Assembly: GCF_008831285.2 (NCBI RefSeq)
Contig: NC_045138.2
Location: forward strand, 19,716,001 to 19,780,000
Source: Nymphaea colorata
Taxonomy: Eukaryota
Direction: 5' to 3'
DNA length: 64,000 nucleotides
Both the position numbers and the translations under genes were made by a program. Below, piece after piece: positions 21,201-34,900 of this stretch; position 1 is the first letter of the stretch; every line of letters starts with the position of its first letter. The notes beneath the pieces were generated by a model. It saw only the letters and a list, made by a program, of their open reading frames with translations, was not told the DNA's origin and did not search any database.

Positions 21201-24200
21201 TTTTAAGATTTTAGGCACCTTTCTCTTTCTTGCTACAAGCTTAATTGTTTTAAAATTTGCCGAAATTTTCCCGAATTTTTCCCCAAAGAAAAAAAAAAAC
21301 TTTGCCGTTTTATGCTCAAGAAAAACCTCGCCATGTAAAACCCAAAAACAATATTTGTAGATATGGACTGTGAAACAAGTTGTTAAAGTGTTTCTCTTGC
21401 CAAAAGATAGGTTTGAAGTTAAAATGGCTTTGTGTCTTTGAACAGTTGGTTTAGTCCTGCTGAATACACTTAAGGATTTTTTGTTACTTTAAGCAATACA
21501 TTGTTATGAAAGCATGCCAGCTTGGGGTTGCCTCATTTTGATCAATTTTTGTTATGGACTTGAGTTCAGCACAACTTGTTGGAGAAATAGACCACAGTTG
21601 AAGACGTTATGCTTAGTTTTAGCATGTGCATATGGATACATGCTTGTGTTTTCATTATTTTATGCCTGGTCATATTATCTGATACCTTAGCTGAAATTAC
21701 AGCTGTTTGCTGTAGGGTTTTACATCTGCCGTGGAATATAAAAGCTACTTTTCATGATTATAGATCTGTTTTCTATCTATCTTTCTAGTTTGAATTATTT
21801 TAAATGTTGGTGAATATATGATTTGTGTAATTGTGCTACTTGGTCCTGGAGTTGACAATATATTTTGTGATATATGTTGACATAGGTTAGTGCGTCTTAT
21901 GAGCAGGCTCTGCTGGATGCACGGAAGCTTATTGAGCGGGAGATGGAAAGGTTTAAGGTCTGTGAAAAGGAGACAAAGACAAAGGCCTTCTCTAAGGAAG
22001 GATTAGGTCAGCAGCCCAAAACCGTAAGTGTGGCAGCTTGCATTTTTCCTTGAACTTTATGAGACACTATTTCTGAGAAAAACATTGTGGGGTAAGGGAT
22101 ATCTTTGTCTCATGATTTTTTTGTTGTTGTAGGATCCAAAAGAAAAAGCTAAGGCTGAGACAAGGGATTGGTTGAATAATGTGGTATGTGGAAAGCTCTG
22201 TCCTTCCCTTTCCTGAAGGCTTCAGTTGTTGGACTTGATTCCTTTTAGTCATTCGCCTGCAGTATATAATTTTTTTTCATGACTACATTTCTGCAATCCT
22301 TACTTGAGATAGTGAAAAGGGTAAACAAACATGAAGTTGCTACAATTTCAGACGTTGGTCTTCTGGTTAATTTTTGCCTTTTGTTTGTGACTGTCATCTT
22401 CTCTTCTTTTTTTTTTTTTTTTCTAGAAAGGCCTTCGTAACTAGATTATTAGTGATTGCTTTAAACTTTTGGAAGGTCACCATCTTTTTTCTTCCTTTGG
22501 TTCTCCTCTATGTTGTTTATGGACTTCAATGGACAGGTTTGATATCCATTGCTCTTTGGTTGGTTACCAGGTGGGCGAATTGGAATCACAGATTGATTAC
22601 TTTGAAGCTGATATTGAGGGACTCTCTGTGAAGAAAGGGAAGTCAAGACCACCTAGACTGGTACGGAGGAAAACCACATTGCTGATTAGATGACTTCGTT
22701 GGGAAATAAATTTTGCATCACACAATTTTTTTCAACGTTTTGAAGTTCAATCATTCTTAGTTATGCATCTTACATTGTCCCAGATATTGTTCTCGGGCTT
22801 CTATTGACAAAGTTTTCTTAATTATTAATCCAAAAGTTTGGTTTTCTCGGGAAATTATTGGAAATTAAAAAGGTAACAGGAAAACTGGGGAAATTTGAGT
22901 TTCGTACTATATCTCTTACAAAAACATTGAAATTAATTCAAAATATTTATTGAAATATTATAGTCAACCTAGAACAAAATTGAATATAATATTAAACAAC
23001 TTTTTCTGAAAAAACAAGAAAACAAAAAAAAACGTGATATTTTCATTTTTGGTTTTCTATCATGATTTTAATGTTTTTTTTATTTTCTTTTATTTTGCTT
23101 TTTTTTTAAAATGTGAGAATGGTGGTTTATGTCTTCAAATCTCCATGCTTATTGTATTGTCTTATCTTTTTTTTTCTCGGGATTTCATCTCCCTTGGATG
23201 CCATGAACGCCATTCTGGTAGTTAGTTTTCTTAATATTTTCCCCTTGTTATGCAAGTCAAAAAATGATTTTATTTCTTCTCTTAATTTTTCTTTTCTTCC
23301 CCTTATTTTTATTCTCATTCTTCTCTTGTTCTCTTCCTCTCCTTCACCTTTGCTTCTTTTCCTTTCTTATACTGTTTTTGGCCCACCTAGGTGTTGCCCA
23401 GGCCTTTTGGGATGACCACCACCTTTGCCTGCCAAGCACTTATGACTACTAAGTAATCCCCACACTTTTCACTTACCATAGTTTATGAATAGTTGGATGG
23501 ATGAGTCATGGGACATTGTTTTTTGCATTTTGAATTTCTCAGTTTTAGTTGCCACGCACAATCTATAGAATAGATCTTATGATATTTTTGTTCAAGTCCC
23601 TTGACAAACTGTCTGATTGGCACTGATATAGGCCCATCTGGAGGCTTCCATTACCCGCCATAAGGCTCACATAATGAAGCTAGAGTTGATTTTGCGGCTG
23701 CTGGATAATGATGAACTGAGTCCAGATCAAGTCAATGATGTCAAAGACTTTCTTGAGGACTATGTTGAACGTAATCAGGTGATTGTCTTTTTCTAGTAGA
23801 CTGGCCCCTAGGGTATGTTAGGTGAGATAGCTGGAAGCACTTCAGTTAGAGAAGAATGACATAGTTGTCCTTAGTTTATGTGGTTATTTTAAGTTCTTAT
23901 TTGTTTGTTTTGCCCTATCAAGGAGGACTTTGATGAATTTGATGATGTGGATGAGCTATATATCTCTTTGCCACTGGAAAAGGTGGAGGCTCTTGAAGAT
24001 CTAGTTGCAATTAGTCCTGGTATTGCCAAGGTAATTTTTAAATGTTTTAATTCAAAAGGTTCATTTAAAATTCTCTGCACCTGTAGCCCAATTGGTCTCT
24101 TTGTTGGTGTTGTTTCTTTCCTTTTAAATACAAAGTACTGATTGACGAGAAAGCCTATTCTCATATGTATGTGGTACATGTTATTTTTGCATGATCCTGA

Positions 24201-24799
24201 TAGTAGGTAAGTCCTTTTTCTTTTATCATTCTAATCCTGTTCGGCTTAAGATCAAACTAGTGAATCCTGGCCTTGAGATTGTGAACCTCTTTTTTATTAC
24301 ATCAGAGATAATTTTCAAAAGTACAATTTATCATTCACATGAACAGGTAAATAATTGCTTCTCTAATGCATCCACTTCTTATTACTACTATCATGGTTTT
24401 TGTGCACATTCGTTGCTCTTGATTTAACCCTTAATAGTCACGCAAAATGTGGCTCATTGAGAAGGCCTGATGAAACTATGTAGACCAAGTTTTTATGGAT
24501 AATGGAGCCATTCGTATGTATTACGAAGTGTGCCATGTCATGTTAGCTAACGTGGTGGCACCGGTGATTTGAAATCCAGATTAGTGATGTGACTTATTCA
24601 CTGTCAATTCATAACTCTATGAGTCAATTCAGTGACTTGGCCTGGTTTCATTGGCAATTATTTTGAAGTAAAAAAGTATGTAACCTGTCATTTTAATATT
24701 AAAAATCTGTAAGATATAGCACCACTAAACTTTTGGGACCCCAACAAAAAGCAAAGGCAAATTGGTGGTCCTTTCTCAGATGACTTAAACTTGTTGTGA

Positions 24800-24836
<37 letters not shown>

Positions 24837-25677
24837 TGTTTCCTGTGAGAAACATGCTGGAGCCACGGGCCGGCTGCCAGAAAACAACATAAAAAGGAAA
24901 TGGTAAGGGACTAAAATAAGGCTAAAATGACATGCAGAACATTACTGGAAGTTTTGCTGGTTGCACGAAGAACTATTCATGCTGGAAGCCCTTGAACTAA
25001 TTGGAACTGCAACATGAACTAGGGTTACCTTATCGTCAAACGGGAAAGGGACAAAATGGAGAACATATCAGGCTTTTCTTCCCTCTTAAACAATGTTTTC
25101 ATTAAAAGAACCATACCTGTTTCATGTTTTTACAAACTGCCACCATATGGCTTGCCCATCACACTTTATTTCTCTCAAGTCTCAAGTTAGCTGCAGCGCA
25201 ACATAAGCCGTACTGATCTTTTGCCCAACAAAACCAAACTCACCTGAATCGCCTGTCTTCGTGATTCAGCTGAGTCCAATGAGTAGAGGACAGTTTTTTT
25301 CAAAGTTTATGATTGTAGAATGGTGTTGACCTTACGGAAGAAATGTCTGAGTTTGCAAGGCAACCCTGCAACTTTTCAAACATTGGGTGGCTGGCACCTC
25401 TTAAAAAGCTTAAGAAGCACGCTGCCTAGTTTAGAACAGACAAAAGTTTCAACTTATTCATCACAACTAAATGTGCATGTGTAATCATGTCATAACCATT
25501 TAGTAAAGCTGTATTACTAATAATACTGATGTATAAACATAGAGTGAAAAAGTGGAATGCTGAATCAACAACAGGGTTTGATGAGTCAAGCTGATTAACA
25601 ATTAGTTCTAACCAATCAACCATGTGACTGCCTTTGTTACACAGGTATGGGGTGTGGGTGCTGGTGCAACAATGATG

Positions 25678-25742
<65 letters not shown>

Positions 25743-28700
25743 GTATGTATGTATGTATGCGCACACACATATTATATAAGATCATCCATAAACAACAAAA
25801 TGAACAATTAACAAGCTACGACTCTATTAATGATTTAAAAAGGAAACAAATTGTCAATTGCAGCATCCATACCCACACCGACTCTCGAGTCAACACCTTT
25901 TTGAATATTCCATGTTACTTACGTAACTGCCATAACCAAACAAAATTCCATGTGAACCTCAGTATCTATTTTCACTTTCAAAGAAGGCATTTTATCACTC
26001 TTAAAACGTTAGATACTATTGAAGCAGTCTTAGCTTCTTCTTCAACTTTTATTCAGTGTAATGCTTGATTACTCTTGAAACAGCTTGACGTATAGGCAGG
26101 CTTTTACTATATTATTTTTGTTGTCTTTATTGTCAGGCTGTCGTTTCTACTTCTGTCACCACTGGTGCATTGGGATTAAAAACTCCAGCACCTTCAGGAA
26201 CTCAATTGGTTGTAAGTATTTGCTCTAACAATAGTGCACACAATACTTAATGATGTAACAATACATTTTCTTCCCTTCTTTTTTATGTATGGTCAAGCAT
26301 TCAGTGGGAAGCACTGATCTGGAAATTATTTGAAATGGTCTATGTTCCATCACTTACACCAAAAAATACATTGAATCAGTTTGGAGATGCATAGTATTGG
26401 GTTCAGCATTTTTATGGTGCATACTAATATGAAAGTTCCCAGTTACTATTCTTTTTGTGTTAAGAGTATCTGTTTGAGGGAATGATGGTTGTTGTTTACT
26501 TTTGTCTTCCTTTTAGGCATCAGTAGCTTCTAGCAATCAACAAGGCATTGTTGTTCCGGACCAAACAGAGGAGACGGCTTCTCAAGATAGTAGTTCTGAT
26601 ACTGCACCAAGGACTCCACCCTCTAACAAAAGTAGTGCCATGGCAACTTCAGCATCAGCAACTGCTTCCAGTTCTAATGTGGCTTCTGGGGTGAATACAG
26701 CTGCAAATGGAGGAGGTAACATTCTTCCTCGTCCGATGGGTGGTCCATCCACTTCAGGGATACTTTCTACTGCTGGATCCATGCGAAGCGTGCTGGAGGC
26801 CTCAACTGCCACAGCTCCTCCTTCACCTGCAAGTCTCTCTACGCCTGCAAAAGAAGATGATGTTGGTAGTTTCCCTGGTCGTAGGCCATCTCCATCGCTA
26901 ACAGATGTAGGACTAGGTAGGGGTGTTAGTAGAGGGCCAGTTGCAGGCGTCACCACTGGCCAAACATCAGTTAGTGTTCCCTTAACTTCTGGCAGCGTAA
27001 TGCCTGGTAGTGGAACACTTGGTGCGGTTCCTGCAGTTTCTGATTTAACAAAGAGAAACCTTTTGGTTACTGATGAAAGAATTGGAGGTGGTGTAACACC
27101 ACCTATGGTTTCTCCTCTAGCTACTCGAGTTCTTCTGCAACAGACATCTAAGACTGGTGATGGATCAGCTTCCACAGAATTGAGCAGTTCGGAAAGTGGC
27201 ACAGTTGGTGGAAGGGTTTTCAATCCTGCAGCAGTTGCAGGGGTGCAATGGAGGCCTCATAGTGCAACTTCATTTCAAAGTCAAAATGAGACGGTAATGC
27301 CATCTACTAGTGTTCGTTGTCTCCATTGCTTGATAGACGCTAAATGGAAACATCTTCTGACTAAACAGGTTTTTCATGCAATTGAGTGATCTTCACCGTG
27401 TTCACACACAAAACTTGATCATGTCGCAGCTAGACTTTGTCAAGGATTTTATTTTTTCCTCTTTTTTTTTGGTTTTTTTGTTTGATATCTAGTTATCTAT
27501 CATCGATAAATGTTAGACACTTTCAAAGTTGAGGTCTTGGGTGTATGGCTGTATTTCAAGTGTTCAGGGATAGGTGTTGTATGATATGGTCATTCAACTT
27601 AATTATTGCATAATAAATACTTTCTACTTTTATCATTAAATGCAAATCGTCAAGTATTCTGAACGAGATGGAGTCTGAACCTGAAATTTAATTGGCCAGA
27701 CTTCTGTTGGCACTTTCTTGGATAGGGAAACCAATTTTTGTAATTTAATATTTTTTTCCAAAATAAAACTTTTTCCCTTGCATTCCAGAAATTTTGTGTT
27801 ATCTATATCTCACGATACAGGCCCGTATCGTGCGATACGTATCATATAGGTTCGAAAAACCTATATGATACACCTACGATACACGATACAGTCGATACGC
27901 CCCCCTATGTTGCGATACGAGGGCAAAACAAAAAAAACCTCATTTTTGTGTTTCTTTTTGAAATAGCTCGGCCCTTCCATTTTCTTAACATCTCTAAGAG
28001 CTGTGGGAAGGGGGAGTTTTACTAGTTTTCTAGAAAAATCAATCATATGTTGGTGAGACATTCCATTTGAAGGCATTGAAAATTAAAATTTAAAACAATT
28101 AAAAAAGAAAATGAGGATGAATAAGAAGATGATGATGATTATCATTGATTGATGATAATCATGATATTTGGTACTTGGCAATAATGAATTATATGGTGTG
28201 GACTTGTCATATAATCTAAAACATTTTAAACTTGTGATTGGTGCTTATTATGTTATTTTGAATCCATCATTTCTCGTTTCTGAATTTGTTGTTGGTATAT
28301 TGTAGGTTATGAACGATGAGTCATGAACATTCTTTATGTGAGATTTGTTTCTTTATATGGAATTCATTTTTCCTGTTTTTTCTGTTTATTTCACTTTTTT
28401 TTCTAATTTGTTGAATTAAAAAATTAATTTTACAATATGCTATGCTACATTTATGATACATCGTATAGGTTGGTCTGACCTATACGCGTTAGGACACACC
28501 TTTACAACATTATCAAAAAATGTTAAATATAATTCCTGTTCTGCTTTTGATGAAACTGATTGTTTAAATAGATTAGCACAGTAATCGCACTAGCCATGAG
28601 CAAGTATAAACTCAGCCATAGAATCCAACGTTTGCTAGTAACAAACTAGTGGCTCCTGACACTGGAAGCAGCTTGTTCTTTGCTGTTCTAATTTCCTTTT

Positions 28701-31700
28701 TCCTTTTTTTTTTTGTATCCTGTGTTTTGCTTATGTGAACTATTTAAATTTAAAATTGCTCCTATGTTTCCTTTTCATTTTATAATGCTTTCATGCACAT
28801 TTATCTTAAGTGATTCTGGCTCCATAAAGCATAACAAGTAGTAATCTTTTATTTCATTTAAAGCCTAAACCATCCCCTTGTTAAGATCAACTCCATCTCC
28901 TAGCAGTTTCGAGGAAGAACAGAAATTGCACCTGATCAGAGGGAGAAATTTTTATTGCGTCTTCAACAAGTACAACAAGGGCATAACAACCTTCTGGGGG
29001 TGTCTCATCTTTCTGGTGTAAGTCCTAAGCAGTTTTCCACGCAACAGCAGAGTTCTCTGCTGCAGCAGGTAATCCCTTAGAACTTATCTTGCACAAATGT
29101 TGCTTGTAGTATCTTTCATTCCGTTAGCAATTTAACATTTTAGTGCAAATCATTTTATTTTTGTTTTCCACAATCAACCTTCCACCATCTCATTCCTTCT
29201 GCATCCACCAAATACAGGCACCCCTAAAGAGAAAAGTGTCATCGTTATTTCTATGTTCATTGTTGTTGTACACCATATTATTATTGATGTGATATTTATT
29301 TGTTATGTCCACAAATATTTGTATTTTACTTCTGTTTCTCCATTCAGAAAATAGCTTGTTCTTCAAGGATACTTATAGACTGGATGTTGTCTGCGTGTTT
29401 GGTCTTTGAATGATCAGCCCTCTTATCTGTTGTTCATGCATTTTTTTTCTTTCTGGTAAGTTGTTTGCTATGGCATTGCTGTGATTTGCAAGAGCTACAG
29501 GCTACAGCATATACCATTTAGTAATAGCTTTAGATCTTTTGATTTTCATATGCAGTGTTTACCATATAATAGAATTGACATTTACAGATTATATGCATAT
29601 ATATATTTTTTGGCTAAGTGGAAGGTTTTGTATTTTACTCCAGCTGAATGCACAGAGCTCTTCTCTCTCATCTCAACCTGGACTTGGACTTGGTCTTCAA
29701 GGCCAGGGTCTGTCTGCTATGGCTCCTGTATCACAACAGACACAAGCTACTATTCAGCAGGCATCTCCTCAGCATGTTTTGCTGTCACCCATCGCAAAAG
29801 ATGCAGGTAGTTGTGCATGGTTGTTGTCCTTGTAACTTTCTATTTTCCCTTTTTGCCTGCTGGTTCTGACCTTCAAATCTTTTGTATATAATATGTTTTT
29901 CTGGCTTGGATAGGTTCTTAGATAATAATGTATGCTTCTTACTTCTCTGTAGAGTCTACATCTGGTAAGGTTGACGAAATTCAGCAGCAGCAAAAGCTCA
30001 CTGATGATTCTAGTATGGAGCCTGTGACCAATGCAGTACAAAACAAAAGCCTCACAGGCGAGGAGGATCTGAAATCTCCGTACCCTAATGATTCACCTGT
30101 ACGTTTCAAGATTTTCAATGAAAATTTACCGTTGTCAAGCTGTTTGTGCTGCATCTATCTGTCAATTGCGTTCACTTTAAATGCTATGAGATTAGTGCAG
30201 AAATGAGGAATTCTCCAGTGCACTATTTTCAGAAAAAACATGGATACTGGTGCGACAAGGGTGTCTATATATATATATATATAGATGTGTGTGTGTGTCT
30301 GTGTGTATACACACATTACATGCACATAGATACAATAAGTATGATCAATTTAAAATTAGTGCAGGTAAATGTCAACACACCTCTAATTTTGGGTATGACT
30401 GTCTTTCGTTTTTCTTTAACAATGGGTGAAGCAGTTTTTTGCAGCACCCATGTAGATAGCCCAAGCTTGTGGGAAGAATAGTTGTATGAAAGGCTATTCA
30501 TAGTCACAGGATTTCAGGAATAGGAAAGCGGACATGCTTTAGAGGTCAAGTTGTTATTTGTTAGTTGCTTCTATAGGCAAAATTTTCTTGATGTTATTAT
30601 TTCTTTGTGTTTAAGTTCTAAATGTTCTATCCATTTAAATTTTGCATTTGCCTCTGGTTACATCTTTCTGAAAAGATGAACCACATAAGATGTGGTTTGG
30701 AATTTCATAATAACGTCCAAACATAAAGTCTAAATTAACTGTATTCCACAATGATAATAGACTACTTGGTAAGCTAGTTCACAATCTAGCCTCCCCATTT
30801 CTGTTGCAATTTATTTAAACTTCTCTTCCTACGGCCATTATATTGCTTATGAGTACATGCAATGTTTGAAGCCAAAACTAATATCATAGCAAGGTTGGTA
30901 TATCCGAAACCTGTACTCAGCTAAGCATATTCTTTAAGAAGTACATAGCTGTGAGTACGTATAGTCTTTGCTGGTGGATGCTTGTATTTTGGTTCTTTCA
31001 AGATATGAATAAGCATTTGATGGCTGCATTTATTTTCTGTTGCAGGTTGGTGGTTCTGGTTCCTTATCTGAAGCCAACCAACTACAAAGAGATAGTGATT
31101 TTTCCCCTGGGCAGCCTTTACCATCCCCACAATCTTCGTCTGCCCTTGGTGTGATTGGTAGAAGAAGTGCCTCTGACCTAGGTGCTATTGGTGACAACCT
31201 TGGTGGATCAAGTGCGACACCGGGGCATGATCACTCACATAATCTGCTGATGTTGGACTCTGCTTATTTCAAACTTCCTCAGGCTAAAGATTCAGAACGT
31301 CCTAAAAACTATGTTCCGGTATAAAGGCATTTGTGTTCATGTTTTGTTCTTCATCAGGGATATGCATGTATTTCAGGACCTCTGAGTTACTAATGCAATC
31401 ATATGGTTGACTTAACTTTCTATGATCGACAGAGGCATCCTGCAGTAACTCCAGCTAGCTATCCTCAAGTTCAGGCCCCTATCATTGACAACCCTGCCTT
31501 CTGGGAAAGGGTGGCTGCTGACAATTTTGGCACTGACACCTTGTTCTTTGCATTTTATTTCCAGCAGGTCAATTGGAGTTTGACCTTGTACTTTGGTTTT
31601 CAGATCCTTCATGTCTGTTATTCTGAAGAATGATTTAATCTTTTGCAGAACACGTACCAGCAATACTTGGCCGCAAGGGAACTGAAAAAGCAATCTTGGA

Positions 31701-32842
31701 GATATCATAAGAAGTACAATACATGGTTTCAGCGGCATGAAGAACCAAAAGTTACTACAGATGACTACGAGCAAGGAACCTATGTGTACTTTGATTTTCA
31801 CATAACAAATGATGACTATGGGAATCAGCAGCAGCAGGGCTGGTGGGTTTTCTAGTTCTCTTTACATTGGTGTTGCATTTTTTCTCATTTTTCTTAGCAT
31901 CACTATTTACTTCTGTTCTGTCATTTTGACTCCATTTTTCACCTATTGAAGTTAAGATATTCAGAAGAAAGTACCTTACTCAATGCTTGGTATTTACAAC
32001 TCCATGGTCATCAGAATACAAGACTGTATGACGCATCTATGCATACCCTGTGCCTATACTACTGCTTTCTGTTAATCTGTGTTAATTGTGTCTAACCAGC
32101 TTTGGACATGGCTTTAAAACTGTAGTGTGGGGGTTGGTCATATAAACATGCCTATGGCTAATAGAATCAAAGATCATCTCGTTCTTCACCTGAGCCTTTT
32201 TCTGTTTCTGTTATTTTCTTACCCAAAGAAACATATCTTTCTTTGCATCTACTTATTCAGAAAATCGGATAAATTGGACTAACTGCGTTGTGTGATTAGC
32301 CCAAGATCTTTAGATGGATGGAGAGGTCACCTGAGAAGGTTGCCATATGAATATAGTTAATGTTAACCGAACTAAATGGTCGGATTCCACAACTAGGTGG
32401 AAGTTATCGGATTGATATAGCATGCACATTCTAATGTGTTACGTGTGGTATGTGTAGACACTGATATTCTCATTGTGCAGCTAGCCAGCTGGGGTTTCAT
32501 AGATTGGAATATTGCAAATTTTGTTTGACTTTACTTAATAAAGAACATTTTAGGTTGTGTTGTTTTTACTATTTGGACAGATCTTCAAATAACATTATGA
32601 AATGGCACTCTACAGTTTGTTTGGCTTCTCATATTTGAAGAACTGGATATGTTACGGCCAAAATTTTTATTTTGAGTCTCTTGTTATGCAGCTTCTGTCA
32701 TTGGTTGATGAATTGACATGCTGCTTGCAAACTTAAAAATTTGATCTTGAACGTTTGTTTGTTCCTCCATTGCAGGTGCCAAAGAATCAAAACAGAGTTT
32801 ACCTTTGAGTACAGTTATCTTGAAGATGAGCTTGTTGTATAG
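16520..32842 (+). CDS. NOT3: CCR4-NOT transcription complex subunit 3 (NOT3/Not5 family), ~917 aa. 16 exons: 16520-16612, 16755-16886, 21886-22023, 22133-22183, 22571-22660, 23632-23778, 23923-24030, 26137-26211, 26517-27293, 28904-29068, 29644-29806, 29953-30098, 31046-31318, 31433-31567, 31649-31842, 32776-32842
   Basis: Not3 N-terminal domain ([21 protein letters not shown]...[23 protein letters not shown]...[14 protein letters not shown]), low-complexity S/T/G/Q middle, and NOT-box ([45 protein letters not shown]...[13 protein letters not shown]). All introns are GT-AG and the exons sum to 2754 nt. Confidence 0.95.
18139..19221. mobile_element. Non-autonomous hAT element (1083 bp) in NOT3 intron 2
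   Basis: 12-bp imperfect TIR CTAAGTCACCTG / CAGGTGGCTTGG. Perfect 8-bp TSD CATGAAAC (18131-18138 and 19222-19229). GC-rich subterminal motifs. Confidence 0.85.
19250..21365. mobile_element. Cluster of decayed MITE-like relics in NOT3 intron 2 (boundaries approximate)
   Basis: A/T-run-rich blocks with CATAGT-like starts and ATATTTGT-GA-ATG-like ends. The end at ~20330-20388 (CCTAGG...TGACTACTAAG) recurs at ~23380-23453. Similar relics at 50431-50633 and 54631-55020. Confidence 0.4.
27795..28512. mobile_element. Non-autonomous hAT-like element with CGATAC subterminal repeats in NOT3 intron 9
   Basis: Dense CGATAC/GTATCG motifs at 27810-27920, with degenerate copies at ~28440-28500. TSD not clearly preserved. 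Confidence 0.55.
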
Positions 32843-33109
32843 AATACCAGTATCAGATCATCCGCGCTTCATTCAGAAGCTATGGTGCTCCTTGTCGTTC
32901 CCTATGCACAACACAAGAATAAACAAGGCCGGTATAGAGAACGTCTCCTACGCCTGGTTATGGCAAGCCTGGTTATGGCAGAATTGTTTCTCTTCATCAA
33001 CATACAAGCTGTGAATCTGCAATAGTTGTTTTGCTAGGAAGAACATATCCTTGTACCATTAGTTTTGTGACTAAGAAAGCTTCCTGATGTTCTCCAAGTG
33101 AAATCATTG

Positions 33110-34900
33110 TTAAGAAGATGAATATCTTTTACAATCTCCTTCTGCACCTGCCGTTAAGAAGCAAACCATGCAGCGGCCATCCTTCAGCCACCGAGGTCCT
33201 GCATCCGGAAAGAACGTGAGATGAGGGCTCCTCGACTGACCTTCACAATTGACAACGATAAGCCAGGTTGTACCCGAATATACTTTGAGCCCGTCCACAG
33301 TAAGGGCTAAGGGATCTTCCTTCAGCTGCAACACGCGTAAATAATGGCATCTTTGGCACAGATGTAGGTCCTTAATCCAACCTCTCCACTCCATCTTAGG
33401 TCTTTTTCTGTGAACCAGCTCCCAGATGTCGGTCTTTGAAAATTTTACTTGAACCAACTCCACTGATCAACAGGAAGTCTTCCTCGTATCCACCAAGGGG
33501 GATTTCAACAGCAGGATCTAGGGATAATTCTTGCAAGGGGACATTAAACTCATCCTCAGCGTGGTGTGTTCTTGTAGGAACAGAACATCTCCTCATGCCA
33601 GTGACTTCACAAGATGCTACTCCACAAATAGTTTCTTCCATAAAATACCTTGGCCCCTTCCTCCTTCCAGAGACACTGATTCTCCACTGTGCACTTGCCA
33701 CTCAATTTTATCCTTACTATCCCGGCCCGATACAATGTTATGCCATGTCCAATCATCACTCCGTGCCTTCGCTTGGAGATTTCTTCCGCCTCATCATCCT
33801 TGAGAGCTTTGGCTGCTAACCCCACTAACCCCACTGTTAGAATCCACAATGGGCTTGAGCCTAGCTCCTATTCCTCCACAGGTCTACACACATTAGGCCA
33901 TGCTGCTAGTAACTTGTGCTGCGTGGCTGAGTAGCCCCATAAAAAATCAGTCATGATATGCTCTAAATGACTAAGAAAGACATCCTCTGGGAAGTCTAAA
34001 AAGCATTGGCATATTCGATTATGCTGCAGAAAGCATGCTGAATCAAACAAAATCCTCCTGAATAAGAAAACCTTCCCTTTATTGCCTCGGGTTTAAAATT
34101 GCTTGTGGCATAACACCATGTTATGTTTTGACTTGCATATGGGTATCTTCCTTTTTATAGCATAGACACTTGATGATATAAAAGTTTGAAACCCAGAGAG
34201 ACTGCTGTAGTCCTGCTTGTTGCAGCAACCCCTTTGGGCACATGATCCTTGTTAAAGAGCATGTGGACAACAGAACACCCAAATACTGCCAACCAAGGGA
34301 AGCCGTTAACGACTGCAACTACCATGTCTGCACATGGCAGGAAAAAAAAAAGTTCCAGGAATTCGATCCATTGATCGTGAGACTATCTATGACTCCACTC
34401 CATGTATCTAGTAAGCCGCCAAACCCTGCACCCATGTCCATGCCCTGCTTGTTACGATGTCATCCGCAAAAAATAACAGCTGCAGATTGAAAAAATCATG
34501 TTTGATTCAGGGGACCATGATCTGATTGAACTAGACAAAGGCTTAGCTTTGCCTACGAAAACCTCCACGACCGAAATTAACATATACGCGGACAATGATC
34601 TTATTGATGAAGACCTCTAAAACAGTCAAAATGGAAACCCACTTTCACTCCAATGCAAGCAAAGAAAATGCATGTCATGCCCTCAACCATCCTTGGATGA
34701 AACCCAAGATACAGAAAACTGTTTTGGAGGGAACCCCCAGTCGACCTAATTGTAGGATTAGATCCATTATAAAGCACAACAAACAGACATCTCAAGAGAG
34801 TTGAAGAAGCTCATTGGCAAGCAAGATACTGTCCTGAATGAGCTGATGGGGAAGAAATGTGCCTTAGGAAAAGTTGACGGCACGGCCAAGATTCTTTTTT
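33110..34900 (-). mobile_element. Decayed L1-clade LINE ORF2 fragment (reverse transcriptase to zf-RVT region), pseudogenised
   Basis: Motifs appear in the correct order on the minus strand: FLPHQLIQDSILLANELL (~34800-34860), LGFHPRMV, FRGLHQ*D (RGLRQGDP-like, ~34600-34620), LQLLFFADDI (FADD at 34459-34470), YLGVLLS, FSYSGGFCLIQH, DFLWG (~33935-33950), AWPNVCRPVEE*ELG, then a zf-RVT-like W..I...LT.D.LK...HL.F. Confidence 0.85.

Noticed and set aside
26582..27223. 213-aa antisense ORF
   Set aside because: Shadow of low-complexity NOT3 exon 9, with no independent coding signal.
32952..32980. 15-bp tandem duplication GCCTGGTTATGGCA(A) in the NOT3 3'UTR
   Set aside because: Ordinary slippage-type duplication with no functional clue.
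33110..34318. Several 60-127 aa ORFs read as a novel host gene
   Set aside because: They are frameshifted pieces of a LINE ORF2 or their antisense shadows.
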